64,000 bases of DNA from Planctomycetota bacterium (lineage in GTDB: Bacteria; Planctomycetota; B15-G4), in assembly GCA_965248575.1 (NCBI GenBank), contig CBDFJQ010000002.1, positions 4,352,001-4,416,000 on the forward strand. The letters are read 5' to 3'. The notes beneath the pieces were generated by a model. That model did not search any database. It was not told the origin of the DNA and was given only the letters and a program-made list of their open reading frames with translations. Within the stretch, counting starts at the first letter, position 1, and each line of letters opens with the position of its first letter. Made by a program: the position numbers and the translations under genes. Of the stretch, positions 7,642 through 16,294 are shown one piece after another.

Positions 7642-10047
7642 CTAGGCGTCGGCGGAGACCAGCAGGCCCATGTCCACGGCCTTGGCCAGGAAGCTGGCGG
7701 CGCCGTCTCGATGGTCGTCGCCGTAGAGGCCCAGGGCCACCTCGGTTCCTTGCTCCACAGCGTTGTCGATCAGGCGCGCTGCGTCCACGCCCAGTTCCAG
7801 CACCCGGTGGTCGTCGCCCAGATAGGCCACGGCAGAGGGTTTGGCGGGTAGGGCTTCGGCCTCGGCGCTGGCGCGGCTCTCGCTGCGGGCGACGCCCCCG
7901 AGCGGGGTGGGGTCGCTCCAGACCCGGTCCAGACGGCCGCTCACCTCGCTGTAGCTGTAGGGCAGTTGCACGATGCCGGCGTCGTTGCGCAAGGCGACGC
8001 GCTGGGGCAGGTCCTTGGTGCTCTGGAGCGGCGGCGCGCGGTTGGGGCGGCGGGCTGCGTGCTGCTCGACTCGGAAGACGTCGACCCCGTCCTTGCACAG
8101 GTAGAGGAAGATGTGGCTCTTGTAGCGGTAGTACAGGAAGTTGTCGCCGCGTAGGGCTGCCAGGGCGTCGGTGGCCGCACCCAGGATACTGTTGAAGGCC
8201 TCCTTCACCTCCGTGCGCGACATGCCGAACTCGGACTCGTGTTCGAGATAGCGCGCGAGATCGTTGACGGGTTTCTGGCCCGGCTTCAGGTCCCGGGGGT
8301 CGTCGATCACCTTCGAGATACCGTAGCGCCCTGGGTCGCGGTACATGGGCGACACCATGTCGAGATTGAAGATCTGCAGGCTGATCTCACCGACGTAGTC
8401 CTTGTTGCGCACGATGAACGCGCGTGTGGCGTCGGCCTCGGCGCGGCTCTCGGTGGGCAGGCCCACCATGGTGTAGAGGGTGGCGGAGATGCCCGCCTCG
8501 TGGGTCTTGCGGATGACGCGTTCGGCCTCTTCCAGGTCGACGCCTTTCTCCACGAGATCCAATAGGCGTTGGCTGCCTGCCTCGAAGCCGTACATGAGCT
8601 TGCGGCAGCCAGCGTCGTGCAAGCGTTTGAGCGAATGCTCGTCGAAGATGCGTTCTTCCATGCGCGCGTCGCACCACCAGCGAATGTCGAGTCCCGCCTT
8701 CTCGAAGGCATCCGGGATGCGCTTGGCCATGAGCGGCGGCAGGTCATCCATGATGAAGTAGAAGAACTTCGTGTCGTGGCGTTCGACCAGGGTCTGCAGG
8801 TCTTCCACCAAGCGCTCGACGCTGCGCTCCCGGAAGGTAGGGCCGATGGCGGTGTAGAGGGTGCAGAAGCCGCACTTCTCGAAGTAGCAACCCCGGGCCG
8901 GCGCGATGGGCAGCACCAGCTCACCGGAGTAGTACATGTGCAGCGGCAGGTCGCTGAAGTCCGGGGTGGGCAGCTCGTCGATGGGCATGGGCGTCAGTTC
9001 GCCGTTGGTGTACACCGTCGTGCCGTCGCTGTAGACGAGGTTGGAGATGCCCGCGAGATCGGGTGTGCCGCGGGCTGTGCCTACGGCGCGCTTCGCCGAG
9101 GTGCTGTCGGCGCCGGTGCTTGCTGCAGAGTCGGCTGCCGCCGAACCGTGGGCCGTGACGCCGTCAGGGGGCGCTGCGTCAGGATCTCCCGCGCGCACCA
9201 CACCGCCCGCCGCCGCCACCGCGCGGCACGTCTCGAGGATCGGGCGCTCTCCTTCATAGATGGCGAGGCTGTCGATGCGACCGAAGAGCGGCCCGGCATG
9301 GCTCAGCCGGTTGCCGACGTAGGCCAGCATGCCGCCGCCCAAGGTGATGTGGATGCCGGGCCAGCGCTCCTTGACCATGCTCGCCAACGTCAGCGCCGGC
9401 ACCATCTGACTGCCGTAGGTGACGGAGATGCCCAGCACGTCGGGCATCTCGCGCTCGATGCGAGGCAGGGCGTGCTGTTCGAAGAACTCCCGGAACATGT
9501 TCTCGGTGGGGTGGTCGATGCCCGCGAAGAGATCCTCGGTGCTGTCGATGGAGGTGCTCTGGGTGTAGTTGTGTGCCGTGAACAACGAGGGTTGGTACTC
9601 GGTGCTGATGTGCTTGAGCCCCGCCTCGAAGGTGCGCATGGCCCAGAGGTATTTGGGTCGGTCGTAGAAGCTGTCCTTGTCCCGCAGCATGTCCTTGGCG
9701 CGGTCGATGTTCGCAGCGAGGTAGGGGCCGGCGGCCAGCGCATCGGCATCCATGCGGAAGCGATCGAAGTGGTCGGGCTTGAGCTCCACACCCCCGGCGT
9801 CCTGCCACTGTTGGGCACGCTCGCGGATGCGCTCCGTCGCCAGGCTGAGGCGTTCCTTGGACAGCAGCATCTCGTAGGCGTCGAGGTTGAGGTCCCAGAC
9901 CGTCGCGCCGGGGAAACCCTCTTGTGCCAGAAACGCCTTGAGCGACGGGAGCGCGAGATAGGGCTGCGTCGGGTGCCCCTGGGGCGGGAAGATGAGCAGC
10001 GCGCGCAGGTCCTCGGGGGCGCGGGTACCGGTGCTGGGGCTGGTCAT
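7642..10047 (-). CDS. Cobalamin-binding radical SAM enzyme (class B-type) with RRE/PqqD-like C-terminus
   Basis: N-terminal ALLIFPPQGHPTQPYLALPSL, B12-binding fold PDVLGISV...ITLGGG...YEGE, RGCYFEKCGFC cluster motif, YGFEAGS, MVGLPTES. Confidence 0.9.
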   Translation of the reverse strand: MTSPSTGTRAPEDLRALLIFPPQGHPTQPYLALPSLKAFLAQEGFPGATVWDLNLDAYEMLLSKERLSLATERIRERAQQWQDAGGVELKPDHFDRFRMDADALAAGPYLAANIDRAKDMLRDKDSFYDRPKYLWAMRTFEAGLKHISTEYQPSLFTAHNYTQSTSIDSTEDLFAGIDHPTENMFREFFEQHALPRIEREMPDVLGISVTYGSQMVPALTLASMVKERWPGIHITLGGGMLAYVGNRLSHAGPLFGRIDSLAIYEGERPILETCRAVAAAGGVVRAGDPDAAPPDGVTAHGSAAADSAASTGADSTSAKRAVGTARGTPDLAGISNLVYSDGTTVYTNGELTPMPIDELPTPDFSDLPLHMYYSGELVLPIAPARGCYFEKCGFCTLYTAIGPTFRERSVERLVEDLQTLVERHDTKFFYFIMDDLPPLMAKRIPDAFEKAGLDIRWWCDARMEERIFDEHSLKRLHDAGCRKLMYGFEAGSQRLLDLVEKGVDLEEAERVIRKTHEAGISATLYTMVGLPTESRAEADATRAFIVRNKDYVGEISLQIFNLDMVSPMYRDPGRYGISKVIDDPRDLKPGQKPVNDLARYLEHESEFGMSRTEVKEAFNSILGAATDALAALRGDNFLYYRYKSHIFLYLCKDGVDVFRVEQHAARRPNRAPPLQSTKDLPQRVALRNDAGIVQLPYSYSEVSGRLDRVWSDPTPLGGVARSESRASAEAEALPAKPSAVAYLGDDHRVLELGVDAARLIDNAVEQGTEVALGLYGDDHRDGAASFLAKAVDMGLLVSADA

Positions 10048-12158
10048 GTCTGGGCGTGTCCTTCGGCGGGAGAGACGAGGCCGCGGAGTTGTTGTCGGGC
10101 GTCGGCGACGTGTGTGGCGGTGGCCGCGGGCCAGGCGGCGAGCAAGCGTTCGTCGTCGCGCTCGTCGGCGGCATCGGCCAAGAAGTCGGAGAGGGCGATG
10201 GCGCGCACCACCTCGCTCCGGCGTACGAAGAGCACTGCGCGCGGCGAGGGTTCAGGGTCGGCGCGAGGGGCGGTGCCAGCGAGCGGGGCGGCGAGGGTGA
10301 TTGGTTCGCCGGCCTTGGGGGGCGAGCCGTTGTCGGTAGGGTTGGTTGAGGCCACCACGGTCCCGCAGTCGCGCTGCACGGGTTCGAAGATCTGGCCGGC
10401 GTCCATGGCTCGGACCAGGGGCAGCGGGTCCATGTCAAAGCGCACCACCTGCCGAGTTTGCGTGTCGAAGAGGGCCAACTCGTACTGCGCAAGGGAGGCG
10501 ATGCGCGGGTCGTCGCAGGCCATGGCGTCGGCGGCGAAGCGGCGCGCGGCGGGGGCGCGCCTGAGCACGTGGGGCTCTTCCCAGAGCTCGTCGTCCACGG
10601 CGTTGCGCCGGGCATCGACTTCGCCAGCTTCGGCTGCAGGGATCGCCGTCTGAAAGCGGGCGCCTGCGAGAAAGGAATCGAGAAGATCGCGCAGGCTTAC
10701 CCCGGCATGGACTGCCAGGGCGCGGGCTGTGCGGGGCAAGACCTCCAGCAGCAAGTGAGCGTTGCGGGTCAGTAGCGAGAGGGCGCGCGGTGTGGTGTGC
10801 ACGGGCGAGACCACACGGAACGCTCCGAAGACCTCGGCGTCCTCCGCGATGAGCCGCGCCTGCGCAGGGTGCACGTGGCCCAAGGGGATGTCATGCCCGC
10901 GCACGAGGTCGGCGTGCACGCCCGGCAGCAGTTGCAGCTCGTCGCCGAGTTGGTTGGCCGCGCCGTTGCCCGGGGTGGGGTTGTACCAGTGCAGGGAGAG
11001 GGAGACGCCGTCCACCACCGCCATCTCGGCTGCCAGTTGCAGGTTGGCTTCCACGTCGTCGCGGGTCTCGCCCGGCACGCCGCACATGAGGCCGAGGATC
11101 GAGGCCATGCCTACTTCCGAGGCCATGCGCAAGGTGGCGCGCACGTCGAGGGTGCTGGCGCGGCCGCCCTTGTTGACGTCGGCCAACACCGGAGCGCTGG
11201 CGCTCTCCACTCCATAAAGGATGCGTCGACAGCCGGCGGCGCGTAGGGCCGTGAGCAGTTCGCGGTCCACGAGGTCGAGGCGCGTGCGGCATTCCCAGGG
11301 CAGGGTGTTGCCGCGACGTACCTTCTCGGTGCAGATCGCCAGCACCCGTTCGCGGTCGACGGTGAAGAGGTCGTGGGTGACGTAGACGCAGTCGAGGCCG
11401 TCGAGGGCCGCGAGTCGATCGAAGGCGTCGGCCGCGTGCTCGGGGGAGAGCTGGCGCGCCGCGCGTCCCCAGAAGACGGGCGTGGTGCAGAAGCTGCAGG
11501 CGAAGGTGCAGCCCCGGCCCAGGTCGATGGGGAACAGGGACTCGCTGGCCTGGGCCGCGAGGGCGTAGTCGCGCGGGCTCTCGGCGAGGTCCCAGGCGGG
11601 GGGCGCAACGTGGTCGAGGTCTGCGATGACGGGCCGAGGCGCGGTGCGGTGGGGGGCGCCGGCGCGCCGCAGCACGAGGCCGGGGACGTTGCAAGCGTTG
11701 CTACGCGCGATGAGATCGGGAGCGCCCTTATCCAACGCCGCCAACCACTCCACGAAGGTTGCCTCCGCTTCGCCCACGGCCACGGCGTCGATAGCCGGGT
11801 AGCGGGCGATGATCGCTTCCTCCACCGTCTCGGGGCCCTGGCCGCCGAGCAGGATGGGCAGGTCGGGTTGCCGGGCCTTCACCGCCGCCGCCAGATGAAG
11901 GCTGGCAGGCATGGCGGAGATCATGGACCCCAGGCCCAGGACGTCGGGGCGCTCGGCCAGCAGCCGCTCGGCGCAGGCCTCGATCAGGCTGTCGTCGGCA
12001 GTCAGGTCGCCGCGGCGCAGCTCCAGGGCCAGGTCCACGAAGCGCACCCGATGCCCGGCCTCGCGGGCGGCGGCGCCCAGATGCAACGGACCCAGCGGGG
12101 GCATGGAGTACCCGAAGGTGTCGCGGTGAGGCGGTTGGACGAGCAGGACGCGCAGCAT
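10044..12158 (-). CDS. Cobalamin-binding radical SAM enzyme
   Basis: VLLVQPP...PPLG, PDVLGLGS...ILLGG...GEAE, GRGCTFACSFC (CxxxCxxC), YGVES, GVPGET; its stop overlaps the next gene's start by 4 nt (ATGA). Confidence 0.9.
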   Translation of the reverse strand: MLRVLLVQPPHRDTFGYSMPPLGPLHLGAAAREAGHRVRFVDLALELRRGDLTADDSLIEACAERLLAERPDVLGLGSMISAMPASLHLAAAVKARQPDLPILLGGQGPETVEEAIIARYPAIDAVAVGEAEATFVEWLAALDKGAPDLIARSNACNVPGLVLRRAGAPHRTAPRPVIADLDHVAPPAWDLAESPRDYALAAQASESLFPIDLGRGCTFACSFCTTPVFWGRAARQLSPEHAADAFDRLAALDGLDCVYVTHDLFTVDRERVLAICTEKVRRGNTLPWECRTRLDLVDRELLTALRAAGCRRILYGVESASAPVLADVNKGGRASTLDVRATLRMASEVGMASILGLMCGVPGETRDDVEANLQLAAEMAVVDGVSLSLHWYNPTPGNGAANQLGDELQLLPGVHADLVRGHDIPLGHVHPAQARLIAEDAEVFGAFRVVSPVHTTPRALSLLTRNAHLLLEVLPRTARALAVHAGVSLRDLLDSFLAGARFQTAIPAAEAGEVDARRNAVDDELWEEPHVLRRAPAARRFAADAMACDDPRIASLAQYELALFDTQTRQVVRFDMDPLPLVRAMDAGQIFEPVQRDCGTVVASTNPTDNGSPPKAGEPITLAAPLAGTAPRADPEPSPRAVLFVRRSEVVRAIALSDFLADAADERDDERLLAAWPAATATHVADARQQLRGLVSPAEGHAQT

Positions 12159-12310
12159 CGTGGGGCAGGCTAGCAGCCCGCGGAGCCGGGAAAGAGGCCG
12201 AACCGGTTTCAGGAGCTGAGTCTACGGGGCGCGGTCGCCGATCGTGAGGCCGCGCGTGAAGCCGACTTCGGTACGTGCTGTGTGCCGCAACGCGGTAGCA
12301 TGCGCGCACC

Positions 12311-12571
12311 ATGGACATTCGAATCCAGTACTGCCATTCCTGAGGCTTCAAGGAGCGGGCGGCGAGTTACGCCGCCCATCTGAAGCAGGCCCTCGACGTC
12401 TCCCCTGAGTTGGAGGCCATCTCAGAGAAGGGCCAGTTCCGCGTCCAGGTGGACGGGCGCACGGTCCTCTCCCGTCGCGGCGGTCTCTTCGCCCTGCTGA
12501 CGCGCAAACCCTGGCCGTCGGAGGAGGAGGTGCTGACGGCTGTGCGGAGCGCGTTGCCACCCGCGCGCTGA
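12311..12571 (+). CDS. SelT/SelW/SelH (Rdx family) selenoprotein, CxxU, TGA at 12341-12343 read as Sec
   Basis: MDIRIQYCHS-U-GFKERAASYAAHLKQALDVSPELEAISEKGQFRVQVDGRTVLSRRGGLFALLTRKPWPSEEEVLTAVRSALPPAR*; matches the Rdx pattern IxYCxxU/C...GxFxVxVDG...P.xEE on both sides of the TGA. Confidence 0.85.
12345..12386 (+). promoter_or_regulatory. Bacterial SECIS-like stem-loop just 3' of the Sec codon
   Basis: Lower stem GCTTCA(12345-50)/TGAAGC(12381-86), upper stem GGGCGGCG(12357-64)/CGCCGCCC(12370-77), G-containing apical loop AGTTA. Confidence 0.75.
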
Positions 12572-12636
12572 CGCGGGCCCTTCGCTCGTGCGGATCGCGC
12601 GCGCATTGCGTCGCGCGGATCGCTCGCTTGACGGCC

Positions 12637-14163
12637 TCAGCCGCGCAGTTCCTCGGCCATTCCCACCAGCTGCGCTTGGCCTTGCTTGTCGAAGGTGCTG
12701 ACAGCAATGGCCACGGCAAAGCCCACCACGAAAGAGGGCAGAAGCACATCCAGGTCGACCAGGTATTGAGCCCAATGGTCGAGTCCGGAGGAGTGCAGGA
12801 GCGGGGGAGCGGCAAACTTGAACAAGGGCACAGCCAGGAAGCCGGCGACCATGGCGCACTTGGCTCCCAAAGCCGTCAGCTTCGACCAGAACAGGCTCAG
12901 GATCATGACCGGGCAGAAGGTCGCGGCAATGCCCGACCACCCGAAGATGATCGTCCAGAAGACGCCCTTGTCCTTGTCGACCCAGACGATGCCGATGCCC
13001 ACCAGGAAGGAAACCAGGGAAAGGCCGACGGTCACCTTTCGCGAAAGTTTCATCAGGCGCTCGTCGCTCATGTTGGGGTCGCGTGTCTTCTGCCAGTAGT
13101 CACGCACGCCGGCGCTCGAAGCCACCAGCAAGAGCGAGTCGATGGTGGACATGATGGCGCTCAAGACCATGGCGATGAAGATGCCCGCGAAGAACGCTGG
13201 CAGCAGGCCTTGTGCCATCTCGGGCAGAACATTGTCCGAGTTGAAGTTCAGCATCTCAGGCGTGTAGATGGCCCGCCCGAACAGCCCCACCAAGACCGCC
13301 CCTGAATCGGCCAAGAGCGTCCAGGTCACGGCGGTCAAGGTGCCCGGGACGATCTGCTTCTGGTCCTTCATGGAGATGTAGCGCACGAAGACCTGAGGCG
13401 ACCCCAGGAAGCCGATACCGATCGCCGCGAACCCAAAGATGGAGACGATGGCACCCACGCTCCAGGATCCGCTGCTCGGTCCGTCCGGCCCAGGGCCGTG
13501 CAAACTCAGCAAGTGCGGGTCGATGGCTCGCAAGCTCTCGGTGACGCTGCTGAGTCCGCCCGCGTGATTCAGGGCGACGAGCGGCAGGGCCACCAAGCCC
13601 AGGACCATCAAGGTCCCCTGGAAGACGTCGGACCAGACGACGGCCGTGAATCCTCCTTGCGTGATGTAGAGCATGACCACGGCGAAGCCCACCGCCGCGC
13701 CTACATAGTGGTTCCAGCCCAGGAAGGCGTGGAAGGCCGCGCCCGTGGCGTGCACTTGGGCGCCGGCGTAGATGGGAACGAACACGAGCAAGGCCATGGC
13801 GGCGATCAGCCGCAAGCTGTGGCCGGAGTCACGCAAGCGCGACTCCAAGTAGTCCGGAACCGTGATCGACTCGTAGCGATCACTCAGCCGTTTGAAGCGG
13901 CCGGCCATGAACAGCCAGGCCCCTGCCACCCCGATCAATTCTCCCAACACGACCCAGAAGGCCTTGGCCCCGACCGCGTAGCCCATCCCCGTCAAGCCCA
14001 GGAGCAGCCAGGCGCTCTCCCCCGTCGCTCGCGCCGAGAAGGCCACGTTGAAGAACCCGAGGCTCTTGTTGGCGACGAAGTAGTCGCTCATGTTGCGCGT
14101 CCGCTTCGCTGCCTTGTAGCCGATGAACAACAGAATGGCGGCGTAGACACCAACGGCCATCAA
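12637..14163 (-). CDS. putP: Sodium/proline symporter (SSS family, PutP-like)
   Basis: DYFVANKSLG, SARATGESAWLLLGLTG, GGFTAVVWSDVFQG, GFLGSPQVFVRY, SAIMSTIDS; 12-13 TM segments; start may be ATC 14187. Confidence 0.85.
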   Translation of the reverse strand: MMAVGVYAAILLFIGYKAAKRTRNMSDYFVANKSLGFFNVAFSARATGESAWLLLGLTGMGYAVGAKAFWVVLGELIGVAGAWLFMAGRFKRLSDRYESITVPDYLESRLRDSGHSLRLIAAMALLVFVPIYAGAQVHATGAAFHAFLGWNHYVGAAVGFAVVMLYITQGGFTAVVWSDVFQGTLMVLGLVALPLVALNHAGGLSSVTESLRAIDPHLLSLHGPGPDGPSSGSWSVGAIVSIFGFAAIGIGFLGSPQVFVRYISMKDQKQIVPGTLTAVTWTLLADSGAVLVGLFGRAIYTPEMLNFNSDNVLPEMAQGLLPAFFAGIFIAMVLSAIMSTIDSLLLVASSAGVRDYWQKTRDPNMSDERLMKLSRKVTVGLSLVSFLVGIGIVWVDKDKGVFWTIIFGWSGIAATFCPVMILSLFWSKLTALGAKCAMVAGFLAVPLFKFAAPPLLHSSGLDHWAQYLVDLDVLLPSFVVGFAVAIAVSTFDKQGQAQLVGMAEELRG

Positions 14164-14293
14164 CTTCAGAAGCGTCTCGGTGGTGATACGGAACCTCCTC
14201 TAGAACTTGAACTCAGTGGTGGGCGACCCGGTCCAGAGTACGCTGACGCTGGCTCATTGCGCAGCACAGCTTCCTGCGATGCACGCCCATCCT

Positions 14294-15259
14294 TCAGCGC
14301 GTGCCGACAAACGTCCAAGCAAGGATCCGGCTCTTCTTCTGGCCCTGTGCCATGTCCAGCGTCTTCGCTTCGGTCGCCCCGGCCCTGTCGAGCGCTTTGT
14401 GAAGGCGTGTGAGGTGCGCGCTCTTGGAAATCAAGGTGGTGAACCATCGGCACAGCTGCGGCCGCTGGGCGCTCTGCGCAATCAGTCGCTGCACGAATCC
14501 CAGCTCCCCGCCGGGGCACCAGAGTTCGCCCGCCTGTCCGCCGAAGTTCCTCGTGCTCTCTGCCAACGTCTCGGGACCTCTCCCGCCCGAACGACGCCGT
14601 CCCCGTCGCCTTGCAGGGTCACGTCCCAGGTTGCGCCGCTTTCGCTGGTTGCCCTCTGCAGCCTCCTCCTGCGATGCGTAGAAGGGTGGGTTGCACATCG
14701 AGAGGTCGAAGGCTTCACCTGACTCGACGACGCCTTCGAAGCACAACTCCTGCGAGGCCTGCTTCCGGCACTCGATCCGATCGGCGACAGATGGATGGGC
14801 AGCCACCAGGTTCGTCGCCCAGCGCCATGCGACCGGATCGACTTCCGTGCCTACGAATCGCCATCCGTATTCACTCGCCCCAATCAACGGGTAGACGCAG
14901 TTCGCACCCATGCCGATGTCCAAGACCGCGACCGACCGACCTCGGGGGATTGCAGGCTCCTCTCCTGCGCTCAGCAGGTCCGCCAGGTTATGGAGGTAGT
15001 CACTCCGCCCCGGAATCGGCGGGCACAGTGAGCCCTGTGGAATGTCCCAGGAGTCAAGTCCATAGGCGTGCTTGAGCAGCGCCTGGTTGAGCGCCTTGAC
15101 CGCCCCCGGGTCTGCAAAGTTGATGGAGATGTCCCCGTGCGCATTCGGCGCCACGAATCCAGACAAAGCCGGACTGCATGTGATCAACGACTCGAAGTCG
15201 TAACCCGCACGAAACCGGTTCCTCGCGTGCAGACCGGCTTTGATTGGAGGCACGCTCAT
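14294..15259 (-). CDS. rlmF: 23S rRNA (adenine(1618)-N6)-methyltransferase
   Basis: LHARNRF..YDF, LCPPIPGRSDY, LDIGMGANCVYPLIG, MCNPPFYAS, NFGGQAGELWCPGGE, MAQGQKKSRILAWTF. Confidence 0.93.
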   Translation of the reverse strand: MSVPPIKAGLHARNRFRAGYDFESLITCSPALSGFVAPNAHGDISINFADPGAVKALNQALLKHAYGLDSWDIPQGSLCPPIPGRSDYLHNLADLLSAGEEPAIPRGRSVAVLDIGMGANCVYPLIGASEYGWRFVGTEVDPVAWRWATNLVAAHPSVADRIECRKQASQELCFEGVVESGEAFDLSMCNPPFYASQEEAAEGNQRKRRNLGRDPARRRGRRRSGGRGPETLAESTRNFGGQAGELWCPGGELGFVQRLIAQSAQRPQLCRWFTTLISKSAHLTRLHKALDRAGATEAKTLDMAQGQKKSRILAWTFVGTR

Positions 15260-15320
15260 GGCAGTCAAGGGTAGCGATTCACCGCCTGGCCCGTGCCGCG
15301 CCCTGGCTCGCAGGCTGCCC

Positions 15321-15420
15321 TCAGTTGTCGTTCACCGTTCCGAAGTTGTTCTTGATGTAGGTGTTGTCGGTCTCTGCCAGGTTGCCCGTGGCCCGGTTAC
15401 GGCTGAAGGTGTTGCCGCTT
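15321..15420 (-). pseudogene. Orphan 3' fragment of a right-handed beta-helix gene
   Basis: SGNTFSRNRATGNLAETDNTYIKNNFGTVNDN* resembles the C-terminus of the 34726-35766 protein (GGNTLIRNRAK...EDNTFINNVFP); in-frame TAG at 15441 upstream and no start codon. Confidence 0.5.
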
Positions 15421-15453
15421 GTTGCCGTCCTGCAGTTGGGCTAGCGCGTCGGC

Positions 15454-16014
15454 TCATGCGTTCAGCCACGGGCGAAACAGACGGGTGAGCAGCGGTAGGA
15501 CAAACCAGACCATGGCGGTCACGGAACACGAGAGCGATACGAGCAAGGCCAGCGGCCGCGGCAGCTCGGCCAGGAGCGGCTCGAGCACGATGCCCAGGGC
15601 CATGGCCGTGGGGTAGAGCCCGAGCAGCACCATGAGCCCTGTCTTGTAGCGGGGCGGGGGCATGGCGTCGGACAGCGCATTCACCGTGAACCAGCTCTCC
15701 ATGCCGGCGAGCGAGTCGACGCGCTCGCACTGGACGCTGATGGATTCGAGCCGCGTGAGCCACTGCTGCCGATCGTCCGACTCCATCCAGGCGAGCCGGT
15801 TGGCTTCGCTCTCGAAGTGCGTGATGGCCACGTAGTCGCCGTGCTTGCCGCCCGGCCGCAGGATCGTCGTGCCCATGTTGCCCGCATAGCCGGACGAACA
15901 GCGTGAGATGCCGGTGAGCCAGCGCTCGTACTGATCATGGTGGTCCGGATGCACGCGCCGCGCGAACATGGTCGTCACGGGTTCGGTGTCTGGTGTGGCG
16001 GCTGCGCTTGTCAT
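15454..16014 (-). CDS. Antibiotic-biosynthesis-monooxygenase (ABM)-like membrane protein
   Basis: PVTTMFARRVHP..YERW..GNMGTTILRP..F....R.AWMES, C-terminal PPRYK and two TM helices ending LFRPWL. Confidence 0.8.
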   Translation of the reverse strand: MTSAAATPDTEPVTTMFARRVHPDHHDQYERWLTGISRCSSGYAGNMGTTILRPGGKHGDYVAITHFESEANRLAWMESDDRQQWLTRLESISVQCERVDSLAGMESWFTVNALSDAMPPPRYKTGLMVLLGLYPTAMALGIVLEPLLAELPRPLALLVSLSCSVTAMVWFVLPLLTRLFRPWLNA

Positions 16015-16143
16015 GGCACGCAGGCTAGCAGGTGCAGCTGGGAGTCCACGAGCCGGCGGGCACTCCGTGCGGCCCAACCGCGCCCTGACCAGCGGGCGCG
16101 CATCGAGGCCTTCCTGAAGCAGGACATGCCGTCAGGGCGGTCG

Positions 16144-16160
16144 TTAGAACGCGCTGTCCA
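16144..16160. repeat. 17-bp direct repeat TTAGAACGCGCTGTCCA (second copy 17769-17785)
   Basis: Exact match. On the minus strand both copies encode DSAF*, the 3' end of the 17769-19060 gene. Confidence 0.85.
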
Positions 16161-16294
16161 CGCCCAGCGCAGTGAAGGATGCGCGTCAGCTCAGTGGGTA
16201 GCCCGCCAGAAGTTGGGCTTCGGTTGCGAAGCCGATTTCCCATTAGGATGTCTCCGCGCCATCGTCCCTGCCCCCCTCCCCCCGGATCCGCTCC

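Noticed and set aside
7412..8098. 228-aa ORF in the track
   Set aside because: Its 5' part is an out-of-frame overlap with the radical SAM gene; only the last 56 codons from ATG 7582 look coding
9070..9220. Ala-rich insertion in the radical SAM enzyme as a possible intein or mobile insert
   Set aside because: Short low-complexity linker with no intein splice residues or repeats
8569..10653. Long antisense ORFs (also 4567-6306, 22275-24200, 29574-31133, 47409-49265, 58912-61086)
   Set aside because: Shadow frames of real genes, expected at high GC; no recognisable motifs
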